DNA of 64,000 nucleotides from Cirrosporium novae-zelandiae (taxonomy: Eukaryota). Below are positions 37,587-50,639 of the stretch, one piece after another. The stretch lies in NCBI GenBank assembly GCA_026023565.1, contig JAPETS010000040.1:186001-250000 (forward strand), in the 5' to 3' direction. Made by a program: the position numbers and the translations under genes. The notes under the pieces are model-generated. The model was not told where the DNA came from. It saw only the letters and a program-made list of their open reading frames with translations, and made no database searches. The stretch's first letter is position 1. Every line of letters starts with the position of its first letter.

Positions 37587-38144
37587 CTAAGTCTCGAGTA
37601 GGTCAATAATGCACTGAGAGCATGATCCCTAACGAATTAAACCAAGTTAGCATTACAGATTATTTTGGGTTCGGTCTCCACCTGAGCAGTAGCTCCCCCC
37701 CAAAATGGCATAGAGGGCTGAAAAACCCACCTCGTCACATGACTTGCAGCAAAAGGGGTATTGGGTTGATTTGCAGTCTTTATCTGGACTTGCCTTGCCT
37801 AGAGAGGGTGGTTGATTGACGGTTAGTTAACTGATTTAACTCGCATGTCTTGATGCTTTTTTTCTCTCGCTAGATGGCTTAATGTGGCCGAGGTAAATGT
37901 AAGAAGATGGAGGTCATTCTTTTCTTGAGGATAGAATTTTGATGGGAAGTAAGATATAAATATACGTACAAGACACGACAGTTTGCTTGGCTAACGTATC
38001 AATATTGACACCTGTATTTTCGGATTTTGTACAGCAGTAAGGGCTGCCGTAGCCTACTCCATCGATTGAGCATTTGAATGCGGAGGCAGATGCGGTCAAG
38101 AAAGAAAGGAGGGCAACTGGAATAAGGACGAGAGATGAGCGCAT
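37587..38144 (-). CDS. Small secreted 10-Cys hydrophobin-like protein, 94 aa; exons 38144-37970, 37798-37731, 37628-37587
   Basis: Signal-peptide-like N-terminus. Two introns with canonical donors, branch points (ACTAAC, GCTAAC) and TAG acceptors give a continuous ORF with C-CC-C-C-CC-C-C-C. Confidence 0.8.
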
Positions 38145-39177
38145 CTTGACTGATTGACTTGTGATTGAATTCTCAAAGGTTGAGAGACTCTGTGGTAATC
38201 AATGGTGAAGGATGAGAACTAATATTGATTCGAGACGGGGTTCTTATACTGTTTTCAACGTAAGCGATATAAGGTTCTGCTGACGGAAGAAACAAATCAT
38301 ACCTCACACAAAAAAAACAAAGACTAGAATTTCGTAAGAGGCGTGCAGATCGCGGCATACTAGTACAACATATATTGTACTCCTGCTCTCCTTATTTCGG
38401 GAAACTGGGGTAGAAAGTGATTTGATAGTAAGACAATGAGAGTGAAACACAGATGCTTAATGTTTAAACAATATGTTGACATGAATGTGTCCGTATAATA
38501 TTCAATTCGGAAGGGGGTCTAGGATCTTGGCTTGACTCATTGTAATGGCCTTCACAATTGAAATTTATAGTCAAGGGTAGGAGAGGCCTTGTAGGATAGT
38601 AGTAGCTACCAAAAACTAAAAGAAATATGTCATTTTTTCCCACTGCGCTAGACTATTCATGCAATATAAATGTGTTGGTCATATGACGGGTATACCTTGA
38701 TAAGCCACTTTGATCATTCAGAAGTTCCTCTCCGAATTTATCATGATTCATGTACTTTCTCACACGAATCATGAACGGCCGGGCAAAAGGAAAACCCTAA
38801 CTATAGCGCCAACAGGAGGACGGTCTGCAGTGGTATTTCCCGACAGCAGTTTGCAGATTTATCCTACAAGGCTAGCCTTGGTAAAAGTGAGTCCTCGGTT
38901 TATATGCCGTCGCGGAAACTGCCTATTTCCAATGATGCTTCGTACTGCTCATAAATTTGCTGTCGTGACGATCGACATTGATATCCATCCACCTCACAAG
39001 CTATATGTAGATATAGCATGTCGTCCATCCATCTTAAGCTGGGAGTGCGTGTAGTTCGGCGACATGAAGCCGAAGTTCTGCTGAGACGTATAATTCCCTT
39101 GCGGATAATGAAGTCTCGTGTACTATTGTAAATATACAACTTGACTTTTGAAGTTCAAAGTGGACAATTCATTTCAG

Positions 39178-40416
39178 TTACCGACGTTTGGTAGTCAGCC
39201 ATCCGGTGCTCAGCTGACCCTTTTCTCCCATAGGACTACGCCATTGCATGTTAAGCTGCCCCAAAACTGTTCTGCCGTCTTTCTTAAGATCATTCTGTAG
39301 CTCTTCGAGCCCTTCTTGGACACCCTCTTGTTGTTCGATTAGGAAGGCAATTTGAAATATATTGCGAGGGTTTAGAATAGGTAGGTCAATGTCATTCCCA
39401 TCTAGCCTAGCAGCATCCCAATTCAAAGATGAAGCCTTAAATGGTACGCGCGGATTGAAAACCGTTTTCTGAAAATGTTAGCTGAGAGCAAAGCAGGTTC
39501 ACATTAGTTAATACGGTACCTCTAAGGTGACAGGCACATTGCCCACATTCTCCAACTGAGCCTCCAGTGCATATCGTACCAGTCGAGATTTCAAGCCAAA
39601 TTTTAGGGGATCTGCCACTTCAACATATGGTAGTTCAGATGTCTTGGTCCGCACACTCAAACAGGGCACAGGGTTAAACGAGTATAGCTTCCTAAATACC
39701 CGAGTTTTCCCACTCAGTGCATGACTTGATCCAGTTTTTTCATCCGCGGGCGCTTTGATCGTTTCTGTATAGCTGACGCTGACGGATAAAACATGGCTGC
39801 CTTCTTCCCTCAATTCAAGACGGACAATCTTCTGGAAGGACTCTCCAGAAGGTAGGACACCAGCAAATGGTTCCGCATCAGGGAGTTGCTCAAGTGTTAT
39901 ATTTTGTGAAGGGGTTTGCACTTCTACAATCAAGCGTATAGAGCTCACCTCCCGAGTAACATCTCCTTCTAGTATTTCATTATTCACACAAAGGGTGCAG
40001 GCAAATGTTTCTCCGACATAAGTGGTTCCAAAGTCTGAGGGTAGGGACAACTAAATTATATGAGCTATTGTATTAGACCTAGCAGTGTGGTTCGGCTTCT
40101 CCAGGAGCTCACAGTAGGACTCAAGATGAATTGATCATCTCCGCCAGCAGGATAACTTAGAGCAGCTTTCGGAGAAACGGTCGGGAAATCGGCTTTAGGG
40201 AGAGGATACTGATAAGTGAAAGAGGGACGAGTAAGTCTAGTGATTGGTTATTAACGGTTTGATGATGGTTGAAAACAGCGAACGTACCTGAGCACTGCAT
40301 CCAAGGTTAGCGCTTCCTGACCGAGGTAGTGTTCTGCAAGAGCGTATACCTTTCAAAGACACTAGATGTGGTTCTTTTGGATTTTCTGTAATTGATTTAC
40401 TCCTTGCATGAGCCAT
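39178..40416 (-). CDS. TRAPPC13/DUF974 trafficking protein, 5 exons including a 7-nt microexon
   Basis: Spliced HLVSLKVLRLTRPS, LPSDFGTTYVGETFAC, FRKLYSF, LEAQLENVG and LGQLNMQWRSPMGEKGQLST. Confidence 0.88.
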
Positions 40417-40757
40417 ATTTAAAGTCTAAATAACCTAAGGAAGTGAAACCCCTAGAAATATCAAGCAAGAAATGTAAATGTTTTCTTGACCTTCAGACGA
40501 AGGTTGGTTGGTTGCCCAGATGCCTTCAGCCCTACAAGCGCTAGGCATGGTCAGTGCACCAATTGGTGCCTTAGTTCGTTTATGATAGCAGCTATGATTG
40601 GGTTTTTAATATGAGCTACTTCCTATTGTCAACGCTTTTTAGTCTAGATATATTGGGGGATTTTCCTAGGAGAGAATTCGGAATTTGGAATTGGATGAAC
40701 AGTTCTTTATTACATTATCATACTTTTTTATACCATTTTTCCACCACCACGTTTATC

Positions 40758-41365
40758 ATGGGTGCTATTAGCGACCAAAATCCTATTCCACTTCAAAGGG
40801 CTTCGGGTCTTTGTCTGGTCCTTGATACTCCTAAAGGTTCTACATAAATACCTCTTGCAGTCTTAACCCTGATTTGTCTAAGGATTTTTTTGCAGGTCGA
40901 GGAGTATTTGCATCGCATGATATCCCTTCTAGAACTGTCATCGAGGTTTGCCCTGTTCTAGTTTTTGATCCTAAGGAAACCCAGAACCATATTAGCAGGA
41001 CGTTGTTAGACAATTATACCTAGTCAGTGCCAGCATGTGTCTCTGTACCTCGCTGAACTAATGTTTCTACCGTGTACAGCAACTGGCCTTCTCAACACCC
41101 CGAAAGTGGAGATAAATGTCCAACCCAGGCATTGATTCTTGGACTCGGGTCCATGTTCAATCATTCCACCAGGGAACAAAACGTTGGCTGGACTCGGAAT
41201 ATATCAACTGAGTGTGTGACATATACAGCTTTGAGAGATATAAAAGCAGGAGAAGAGCTCTGCATATCATATGGTCATCTTTGGTTTAAAGATGTAGATA
41301 AAGATGCATGGGAAAAAGACGAGGAACCAGTGGAGGATGGACTAGATAGAATAAATTTAACTTGA
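40758..41365 (+). CDS. Small SET-domain lysine methyltransferase (S. pombe Set7-like), 3 exons
   Basis: Spliced KGRGVFA..IEVCPVLV..YTYNW..LGLGSMFNHS..RDIKAGEELCISYG. Confidence 0.85.
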
Positions 41366-41794
41366 TAAAAAGAACGTCGTGATATGAAATACTTGAAATA
41401 CAATTGAGACGTCGTTCTCAGGTCATTTTTAGATTAAATTGTCTAATTATTGATATGTTCTAGTAAAGAACGAGAAAGGATTAACTAGAGTCACCTGGTA
41501 GCGTGAGGTTTTGGTGGCGGGGGGTACATCACTGACGTAAGGTAAGGCAAGGCGGTAAGGCACGGTAAATTGGCGTGATGTAATTACCCCAGACGATGAT
41601 ATATTGTGTTGTTTCGAAAATCTAGCTACAAGTATATCTAAGAGATATTCACTTATTCCCAACTCACTTTATCCCACAAATCAAGAAGTCCTTGCTCTAA
41701 AAACGTGAGGTCCATCATTTACTTCAGGTCTCTACTCTCAACTTGTTGTTTCTGGAGATAAATTACTTTTATATAAGGTTAGTTCGTCGCAGCA

Positions 41795-43099
41795 ATGGCT
41801 TCGACAATCGCAAGCGGAAAAGGGAAGGGAGATACAGGAAGCGGGAATAATTGGGCAGCGAAACACGCCCAACTAGCCAGTCAGGGCCAGCTATACATCC
41901 CAGAGTATCAAAATCTTGGTATGGTCTCTGCAATGCCGCCCGCGGTAGGCGTTCCACAGGGCCCCTCTCAAGGTAAACGACCTAGAGTTGAAGATACCTT
42001 CCCTGACAATAAGGCTACTTCCCGTGCGAAGCGCAAAAGAACTTCCCAGGCTGCTGTAACGATGACCCTGTCAAAAGACAATGCCATTGATCCAACTGTA
42101 AAATTGGCGCCCCCTGATGTCCCCAAACCACCAAAGAAGGGATCCAAGAAAGCTGAAATTGCCACTCCAGAAAAAAGATTAAGAAGGGTGAGGAAACAAC
42201 CTCCGAAGAGCTTTTTGGAGAGGCTGGATCGGGCAACAACTCAAAGGTATTCATTAGGCCCTGTGGCTGCTGATCATATTGGAATTAATCCCCTTTAGAA
42301 TGTTCGTCATTGATCGTAATCGTGGAGGTACCAATGAAGAGCCTGAGGAAACGTTCCAAATTGCGGGTACAACGGGCAACATCTACAGCATCACTATTGG
42401 AAAGCTACCGAGCTGCACCTGTCCTGATAACGAGAAAGGAAATCAATGTAAACATATCATCTACGCCCTCCATCATATTCTCAAGGCGCCCGAACATCTT
42501 GAGTATCAGCTAGCGCTCACCTCTTTGGTAAGTGTAGCAAGTTATAGCTACGAACATGTACCGACCTTACCATGACAGGAATTACGAGAAATCTTTGAAC
42601 ATGCCCCATTTGTACCTATCTCCAAAGTCTCTTCAGACGGCAAATCATCAGACCGTAAACCTGTCGAGGGGTTGTGTCCTATCTGCTATATCGATTATGA
42701 TATAGCAACAGACGAGATAGTATGGTGTAAAGCTGCTTGTGGAAATAACGTACACAGAGAATGTTTCCAGCAGTATGCTAATAGCTTGCGAGGGAAGCAG
42801 CTTCGCTGCATTTTCTGGTAAGAGTCGCTTCGCTATCAATAAAATTAGTATTACTAACCTCCGAAAAGTCGTACTCCTTGGGAAAGCGATGAGAAAACAA
42901 TCCAGGAAGCGGCGCAGAAAAGTACCGTCAGATCAGAGGGGTACGTTAACATTGCGTCAGAGCTTGGGATTTCTGGACTCCGAGGTACGTACTCCTATTT
43001 ATATTTAATGATCACTACTAATCAACCTATTTTCTAGACACCTCAACTTACCATCCAATTTGGGCAAGGCAACAGTCGTGGTGGAATGGAATCAGGTAA
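41795..43099 (+). CDS. SWIM zinc finger + RING-like protein, 5 exons
   Basis: RATTQRMFVIDR, SWIM (GNIYSI..CTCPD..CKHIIY), RING-like CPICY..WCKAACGNNVH..C..CRTPW and the GYVNIA tail. Stop TAA at 43097-43099. Confidence 0.85.
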
Positions 43100-45805
43100 A
43101 GTACCTGACCGTGATCTGGCTGCCGAAACATGGTTGGTTCGGGGGAGGTCTTATAGCTACAAGATAGTGGTTCCTATTGACCAGGAAGGCATTGGTGGCT
43201 GGCATCTTTAAAATCCTGCTCGGCGATGAATCAGTAAGAGGAACGTAGTGGGTGCTCATGATTCATGCGTTGTGGGATAAGGCGGTTGCATGCTTTGCGA
43301 AGGGAAGCATTGGCTAGTTCGATTTTTTGGCGTTGTGACATGTTATATTGTAACTGAGACCGATATTGCTCCTGTTGTCTTGCATCTGCGGGACTCGCAA
43401 CACAGCTGCTCTGAATAAGCTCTGTTAGTAAAAACCAGCTTGACTTTCCACCACATTATGTGAAAATAACGCTTTTCTGAAGTCTGAGTTGCAGTCTACA
43501 AAGTACATCACTGAAGATGAGGCTAGTATCTAGCGAAAACAAAGGTACTGGCGGGGCAGGCCGATCCTAATTTGTTCATCCTACCAGTGTCGCTGATCTC
43601 AAAAAGCTCCAACCCATGTATATGAAGATCAAGATCAAGATCGATCTCGCAATATCTTACGGACATTATCGGAGTAGGTGGATTTTTCTCTTCTTAAGAT
43701 AGGCAATCCCTCTTGTCAAGTGGGATTGTATAAATTGGGCTGTTAAATCTTATGTCCACTCTATCGCCTCATTTTCCCATGAAAAGGCAAAAGTACCTAC
43801 GAGGCGGGATAATGAACAAGTTGGCGGAGATGCTAGGAGATACCGTATAAGTGGAAGACGGTGGAGAGGACAGTGGAGCTCGAAGATTATTCAGTGGATT
43901 TTGGAAAGTTTTAATGGTGCGATTTCTTGCCTGGAATTTGGAAGAAGCAGTAAGAGCCCAAGAGGGAAAACATCCGGTTTTCAATGAGGCGGCCTGTCGA
44001 TCTTCCAAGTTTTTTTTTCTACCAAGACATTCAAGCCTACCTGGGTTCAACCTCGTTATCGTGCAAGTCACGTTCCGATATGGCATAACTATATATTATG
44101 GAGCTGCCCTGTCATTTAGCCTCATTTTCGGGGAGTGTGTAGGGTTAATCAGCTATTGAATTTGAGTTGACACGAGACCAAGCATGGATCTAGGGTCGAA
44201 AACAGACATAATGGATCACGAATATCCTAGATTAACTCTAGGGAGGTCTGTTGGTCAATTACGCAGACCAGATGAGAACAATGTCTCATGGGTCAAGACG
44301 CTGAAGATGAATATTGTTTAAATCTTCACCGCCAATGCTTTTGCTAGCCGTGGTTGTATACCAGGAAAACCGGCGTTGAGGGAGTACAATTCGTTTATCT
44401 GACACAACAGATGGTTGCTCACGTTTGGCTTGCTACTCTGCAAACCCAAGTTGGTTGATGAGTACGGATGCTATTTGATGCTATTTGATGTTACTATTTG
44501 ATATACACCTGCATCGTACCGCTGGAGGGAAGAACATGCGTGGCTTTAATAGCTTTGGGTGGCTTTAATGGCTTAATGGCTTATCCTAATCTCCGGGTCT
44601 GGCAAAGTGTCACCACCGGGAAGGGGTTCAAAGGGGAAGGATGAGTTGAGGACGGGGAGGCACGGAGGACAGTAGTATTGAATGTTAAAGTTCCTCATAG
44701 TCAGGAATGAATGGAAGGATACCGCTAGTTATCTAGATTGTCTTTTCTGGCCATGTCCCTTGTTAGCTAGTCTTCAACGCCTTCTTTTTTCTTAAATCAT
44801 GGGAACATGGAACAAGGGACAAGGGAGAAAGAATGAGGATGGATCATTGATTGGATTCTTTTTTTCTCACGAGGTGATCCAGTCAGTCTAAGGTTTGGAC
44901 CTCGTTTTCTCTCTCCCCAACAGCAGCGTGTCGCGGTTGAATGCATGGGGAACTTCGCCGAGGCCAAGTACAGTATACAGTACCGTAAGGAGGTCAACGA
45001 AGAGAAGGGCAAAAATCAGCGACTCAGGTAAGGTAAGGGAAGGGAAGGGAAGGGAAGGAAGAAACAGAGTGTGCACTGTATGTAGTGTGTAATAATTAGA
45101 GACATGGAGAGAAAAGGGAAGAGAAGAGTGGCTCACGAGGTCAAGTTCTACCTTTACTAAAAAAAAGGCGAACTAGTAAGCCTGTCTCTCTCTCTCTGGA
45201 TTGTATTGGCCTCTTTTCTTATTTTTATTTTATTTTTATTTTTTGTTCTGGAAGCTTTGCTTTTTTGGGGTCTTGATGGGGTCTTGATGTTCCAGCTGTT
45301 TCAACTGTGAGCTTTACACGACAGCAAACCTCCATGGAAATGGAAAATCAGCAACCCAGAGCATCCCACGCGTCTCTCCTTGCCTGGAGCAATTATGCGA
45401 TATCTACTACTTCCCATTTCTTTGTATTAATTAAGCATTACTAACGTTAGTTCCAACTGATAGTTCAATAGCACTCGTGTACGTATCTTTGAATAAAGTA
45501 TCTGGGCAATTAATTACTTGTTGTTACTCAGGGCCCTCCAGGGAAGCCGCAAGCCCCAAACCCTTCAGCCCCTTGGCTTTCCAGTGGCTCCTCTTTGGCT
45601 TCCCTTTGACCCCATCGACCCTCCCAAGGTTAGGTTATCGGTGGAGTAGACTACAGTACCGACTGGATCCTAGGACCGGGTGCTCCTAAGGAGTTCGCTT
45701 GGCCCCGGGATTACTCCTAGAGAGAGGTACTCCTTGGGTTCCTTTAGGTACCTCCAGGTGCTGAAAGTGCTCCAAGCTTTTTAGACTAAGCTGGAGTAAT
45801 ACAGA

Positions 45806-45930
45806 GAGAAACACACAAGCACACACACAACACACACTCACACTCACACAGCACACAGCACACAGCACACAGCACACAGCACACAGCACACAGCACACAG
45901 CACACAGCACACAGCACACAGCACACACTG

Positions 45931-45964
<34 letters not shown>

Positions 45965-46030
45965 TATACATACACACACATATACATACACACACATACA
46001 TACACATACATACATACATACACATACACT
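45806..46030. repeat. Compound microsatellite: (CACACAG)x11, (CT)n, (CA)n, (CATA)n
   Basis: Direct reading; the heptamer array spans 45845-45921. Confidence 0.95.
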
Positions 46031-47256
46031 TGAAAAAAAAAACCAAAAGGAATGAAGAGACAGGATCACACAGCAATAATCCACAAATGGCTTCAAATCC
46101 ATGTCTAGTTGAATGCTGTTGTTGACTCCTTCCAATAATGCCACCATGTTATGAGATATCCTTCCGGCTCCGTTCGGTGAGGAAGGGCGAGCAGTCAAAG
46201 GTAGAGAAAATGTTGCAGAGGTTCGAAAGAGGGAAAATTCAATTTGCCATCCGCCTCACTTTCAAAGGGACAGGACCAAGGGCAGACCAAGGACAGACCA
46301 AGGGACCAAAAAAGATCAGATATACTTTGGCCTATTCCGAACCTGCCGATGTGAAAAGAAAAGTCACCAAAGCCAACATAGTTAACTAAATACTTTGTAC
46401 ATTGGGTGAGATGCTATCATCATCATCATCTTAAACAAACTAAAAAGGTCCTTTTTTTTTCTTCCCTTCCTTCTGAATTCTTCTGGAAAGAATTCGTTGA
46501 AATTTGACTTTCACACTTTTCTAATATAATAGATTAATTAATCCTTTTCCACAAAAAATAACAATAATAATAAAAAAAATATCCTTGATCCCCTCCCCGA
46601 AAACCTGTCCCTGTTATTATTATTATTGCCGTTGTTGTCCTTGTTGTTGTTGTTGTTATTGTCGTGTGTGTGTGTGTTGCAAGGGAGCGAGAAACAAGCA
46701 CGAACGTTCGGTTTGCCTGGGACAAAGGCACGGACTCAAGTCGACACTGTCGTTTGTTTTCGATTTTTTAGGTATTACTTACACTATTACCTTGGCCCTA
46801 CCTTCAATTGTTTCTTGCCTGCATTCTTAACCCATTGAATTGTTTGTCTACAAATTCTTTCTTATCCTTGTGTGGCCAGTCCCTTAGGTCATACCCCCCC
46901 CCCTCTCTCAAATACTGCCCAATTTCCTACCTACCAACAACACCTTCCTCTCGTCGCTCGTACCAACGAGACATTCTCTTACTGTTCACTACTTAGTTCG
47001 TCTAGCTCTCGCTTTGTCTGTTTTGGACCTCGAATTGACCCTTCTAGTATCTTCTCCATTAGACTCCGTCTAACTCCCGCAAAGCTTTCTGCCATGACCA
47101 AAGCACATTGCCTTTTATGACATTGATCTGTCCAACTCGTACCTGGTCCTATATATCGCCCGACTCAATTCTAACCCCGCTGAGCAAGACAGCCTTTCTG
47201 CGAACCCGCCCCAGTGGCGAACAATTCGGTCGTTCAAATCGCATGGAAAGGAAATC

Positions 47257-49269
47257 ATGACAAGTCGAGAGATGGAATCACATATACTTCCGCACCCGGA
47301 ACATCATGGAGGGAGAGGGAGTGTCGGAGAGGCCGATTTCGCGCCCGAGCTTCGAGCGGATGGTGCAGAAGACTTTGGAAATCCACAGGCTGGAACTATA
47401 GAAACCGACATGTCACCCGCACATGAACAAAAATTGTCAAGATATGCAGTGAATGCATCAGCTGCCGTTGATATGGAAGTGATAAGTGAGAAGAGAGGAG
47501 GACTCCCCACCGGAAACACTTTCAAATCAAGCTTTCAGATGAAGCCCAAGGGGCCCTCGCAAAGAATATACCTCCGAGATGCAGCTAAGCAGCGGCCAGG
47601 TTTCTCTACTACTTGTAGAAAATCCCTGTATGGTTGTTGTCACCTCTCCCCCTCAGAGTTAGAGGTACTATCGCTCTCAGAATCCACGCCGCCGGTCACA
47701 GTCGCGACATTAAGGGAACTAAACTTGGATTCGATAATGAAGAATGTGCGTTTGCGCCATGACGCAAACCATGATAAAGACATACATTTCATGCCAAAAA
47801 ATGACGGAGAAAGGGGGCATCAAAAACAAGCGGAAGGCAGAAGATATTGGAAGGCCCTGAAGATTGAATTACAGCTATACGCTGGAGCTTGCACAAATGA
47901 ACATCAGGCTTGCTTGAAAGGGTATTTGCGAGACTTCAAGCCGAGGCTCCCCGAGATGCTGAAGACTATAAAAGGTATCGCCATGACTTTAGTACCGGAG
48001 CGAGATCATGACAGTGTAGAGCAGCATTTCGATGTGTCTCTTCTAGTACAAGAAATCCATCATGGCGTCTGTGATATGGTTACACTAACCACGTGGCTTG
48101 CGCAACTCTTGAAGAGGCATTGTGCGCCAATGAGAGACCAGTTGGCAGATGATATGGTAGGACAAGTCCAGCATGGTATCAGCGATGGGAACATGGACAT
48201 GGTTGTTGGGGGTCTGGAGAAGCTCTTCTATCTTCTGGAAGCTATGAAATTAGTGAGTTCCCAAAGCTCTTTCAACGTTATTGTTGATGGCTTTGCTAAC
48301 ATTGACGTCCAGGATGTGGCAAACCATCAGATAAGATCTTTCCGCACATTCCTAGTAGAGGGTACGGAACCTTTCCTCACCGGCCTTTTCAAAGAAAAGC
48401 TCCAAAAAGATCCTCATAAATATTCCACGGCCCAATCATGGTATCTCGACATTCCCTCAAATTCCATATTAGATGTCCTATTCAATTCAGCCATTCCAGC
48501 AGCCCAACGCCCTCTAGGCACATTCTTCACTGGCCTTCTCACCTATCTCATCCCAAACTCATATAGCCTTTCACCTCCACCATTTCCCAAGACCTTCGAA
48601 TACGACCAGTCGCGGCTCCTCGAACTCCGTGGCCATCTACATGACCTTCTCCTCCTCGGCCTCTCCCACCGCATCCTCGATATTCTTCTACACGAGCTTC
48701 GCCGCTTTTCTCCTCCCAGCTTCGACGCAGATGATATGCACCCGCTCTCCGCCGCTCTGACTCACAATCTTACCATAATCCTCCGTTCTACTGGATTTGA
48801 CTGGAATCGGGCACTCCCGGATCTCGCACTCGAGATTGCTCGTCAGGCACATCTCCTCTCCAATGCTCCCCAAAGTTTCTTCGACCATACTTACGTTGTG
48901 GCCACTGAGTACCTTAGAGAGGCTATTCTTGATGACTCTGGCCGCGTTCTCAGCGCATGCCGTGGCTGGCTACGCACTGAATTCACCATCCAAGTGTGGC
49001 GATGTGCGCAATCCTTCATTGACCTGTCGGCACTAGAGATATGCGAACGCAAAGAAAGATTGGCGAGGCTGGTAAATATATCTAGGCGAGATGGTTGCGA
49101 GCAGGTGGATGATGACACAGAGGAGCTATTGGATTTGGAAGAATTGGCAAGACGAGTAGCACATGTGGGTGTGCTTCATTGGAGAGTTTGGGCCAAGTTA
49201 ATATATCTGAAAGGTGACGAAGAGGAGGGCGAGGAAGAAGCAGAGATGAATAATGAATGTGGGGAGTAG
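47257..49269 (+). CDS. SOK1: Sok1 / T-complex 11 (TCP11) family cAMP-signalling protein; intron 48253-48312
   Basis: PPVTVATLREL..RLRHDANHD..F, LLKRHCAPMRD, LEAMKL|DVANHQIR and AHVGVLHWRVWAKLIY. Confidence 0.9.
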   Translation: MTSREMESHILPHPEHHGGRGSVGEADFAPELRADGAEDFGNPQAGTIETDMSPAHEQKLSRYAVNASAAVDMEVISEKRGGLPTGNTFKSSFQMKPKGPSQRIYLRDAAKQRPGFSTTCRKSLYGCCHLSPSELEVLSLSESTPPVTVATLRELNLDSIMKNVRLRHDANHDKDIHFMPKNDGERGHQKQAEGRRYWKALKIELQLYAGACTNEHQACLKGYLRDFKPRLPEMLKTIKGIAMTLVPERDHDSVEQHFDVSLLVQEIHHGVCDMVTLTTWLAQLLKRHCAPMRDQLADDMVGQVQHGISDGNMDMVVGGLEKLFYLLEAMKLVSSQSSFNVIVDGFANIDVQDVANHQIRSFRTFLVEGTEPFLTGLFKEKLQKDPHKYSTAQSWYLDIPSNSILDVLFNSAIPAAQRPLGTFFTGLLTYLIPNSYSLSPPPFPKTFEYDQSRLLELRGHLHDLLLLGLSHRILDILLHELRRFSPPSFDADDMHPLSAALTHNLTIILRSTGFDWNRALPDLALEIARQAHLLSNAPQSFFDHTYVVATEYLREAILDDSGRVLSACRGWLRTEFTIQVWRCAQSFIDLSALEICERKERLARLVNISRRDGCEQVDDDTEELLDLEELARRVAHVGVLHWRVWAKLIYLKGDEEEGEEEAEMNNECGE

Positions 49270-50639
49270 TTTGAAGTGAGGAAAATCAAAATCAACCGAT
49301 GAACGCTAATGAGTGGAAGCTCGAATCCATTCTCGAAAAAGGAAAAGGAGGCAGGTGCTGCCAAGCTGAAGCCCAAGAACGCGCCATGGGGGAACTTTCC
49401 CGGCTTCATGGTGACTTCAAATGGTGACGGAGCTTTCGAATGGCCGCCGACAACCCAACGGACCACCAAGTCCTGAGGATGATGAATACATCATCGACCG
49501 CACACACGTATACACAGGGACAAAAGCACCTTAATTTCCAGAACCCCCAAATCAGCAATATCTCAATTAGCTCGGCAACTACAACAACACCAACAACACC
49601 TCAGTTTAAAGCCTCGAGGTGCTATTCCCTTCTCCTTGAGTTTCCCCTGAAAAGGGTCTTCACTCTTTTGTGAGGACCTTGGGTTGCCACCTAATTCTCC
49701 TATATTTCCCTTCATCATTTAGGTTTTATCAGGGTTCAAATACCAGGTTTCTTTTGTATTGTGGCCTTATTCCCTCATCGCATGCACTCGTTAATACATG
49801 ATCAAATGGGTATCAGGCTGGCAGTAGGCGTTTTGAAAACATGAATCATTTTCGGGAATACCTTATGCAGCGGAGTTCATGGAGTTTCGAGTCATCGTCA
49901 TCATCATCATCATGTATTGAGTTTTATGGAGGAATTATGTTATGCTTGCGCTTTGTTATTGAAGGATGAAAAACTTTTGTGGGAAGGTTTCGGTTTGGCG
50001 TCTAAATTATTCCCTTTTTTTTTCCAATATTCGGGACCTGATACCTAGCGCGCGCGTGTGAATGTATTTATGTTATTGTATAGAACCAGGTAACTTACCA
50101 TATTGTCGTTACCTAGCTTTACCTAACCTTTACGCATACATAACCCATATCTATACGTACGTTGTTGTACCGGACTCGAACCATTTTGTTCCCTGTACAG
50201 TAGCATCATCAGCCTGGATTCATGTGAGAAAGAATATATTTTGCCACCGACCTGTGAGTTGACCCTTGGGTTATGTATGTATGTATGTATGTATGTATGT
50301 ATGTAGCTGCTTCTCTCCGTCCTTCTCCAATATACGGAAGCAGCTATTGCGTAGGTACATACATACAGACAGACATACCACCATCCGTCTCGTTCACCTC
50401 CAGCATGCATGCATGTATGTAAGTAAGTAGAAAGAAGGAAGGTAAGTAAGTAAACAAATGCCTCTTTCCTCTCTCTCTCTATCCCTCTCTACAATCTCCT
50501 CTCAATCCATCCATCCATCCATCCATACATAACATAACAAGTCTCATGCCTTAATTTCCCCTCCCCTCCCCCCTCTATTCTATCTTTACCCGCACTTTCA
50601 CAGAAAAAGAAGTGGACTCACTCCCCCTCGGACCCTTGT

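Noticed and set aside
44468..44585. Short tandem duplications (ATGCTATTTG, TGGCTTTAA units) as a possible spacer-repeat array
   Set aside because: Units are adjacent with no unique spacers; typical slippage products.
45686..46198. 170-aa Cys/Val-rich ORF
   Set aside because: It is a translation of the compound microsatellite.
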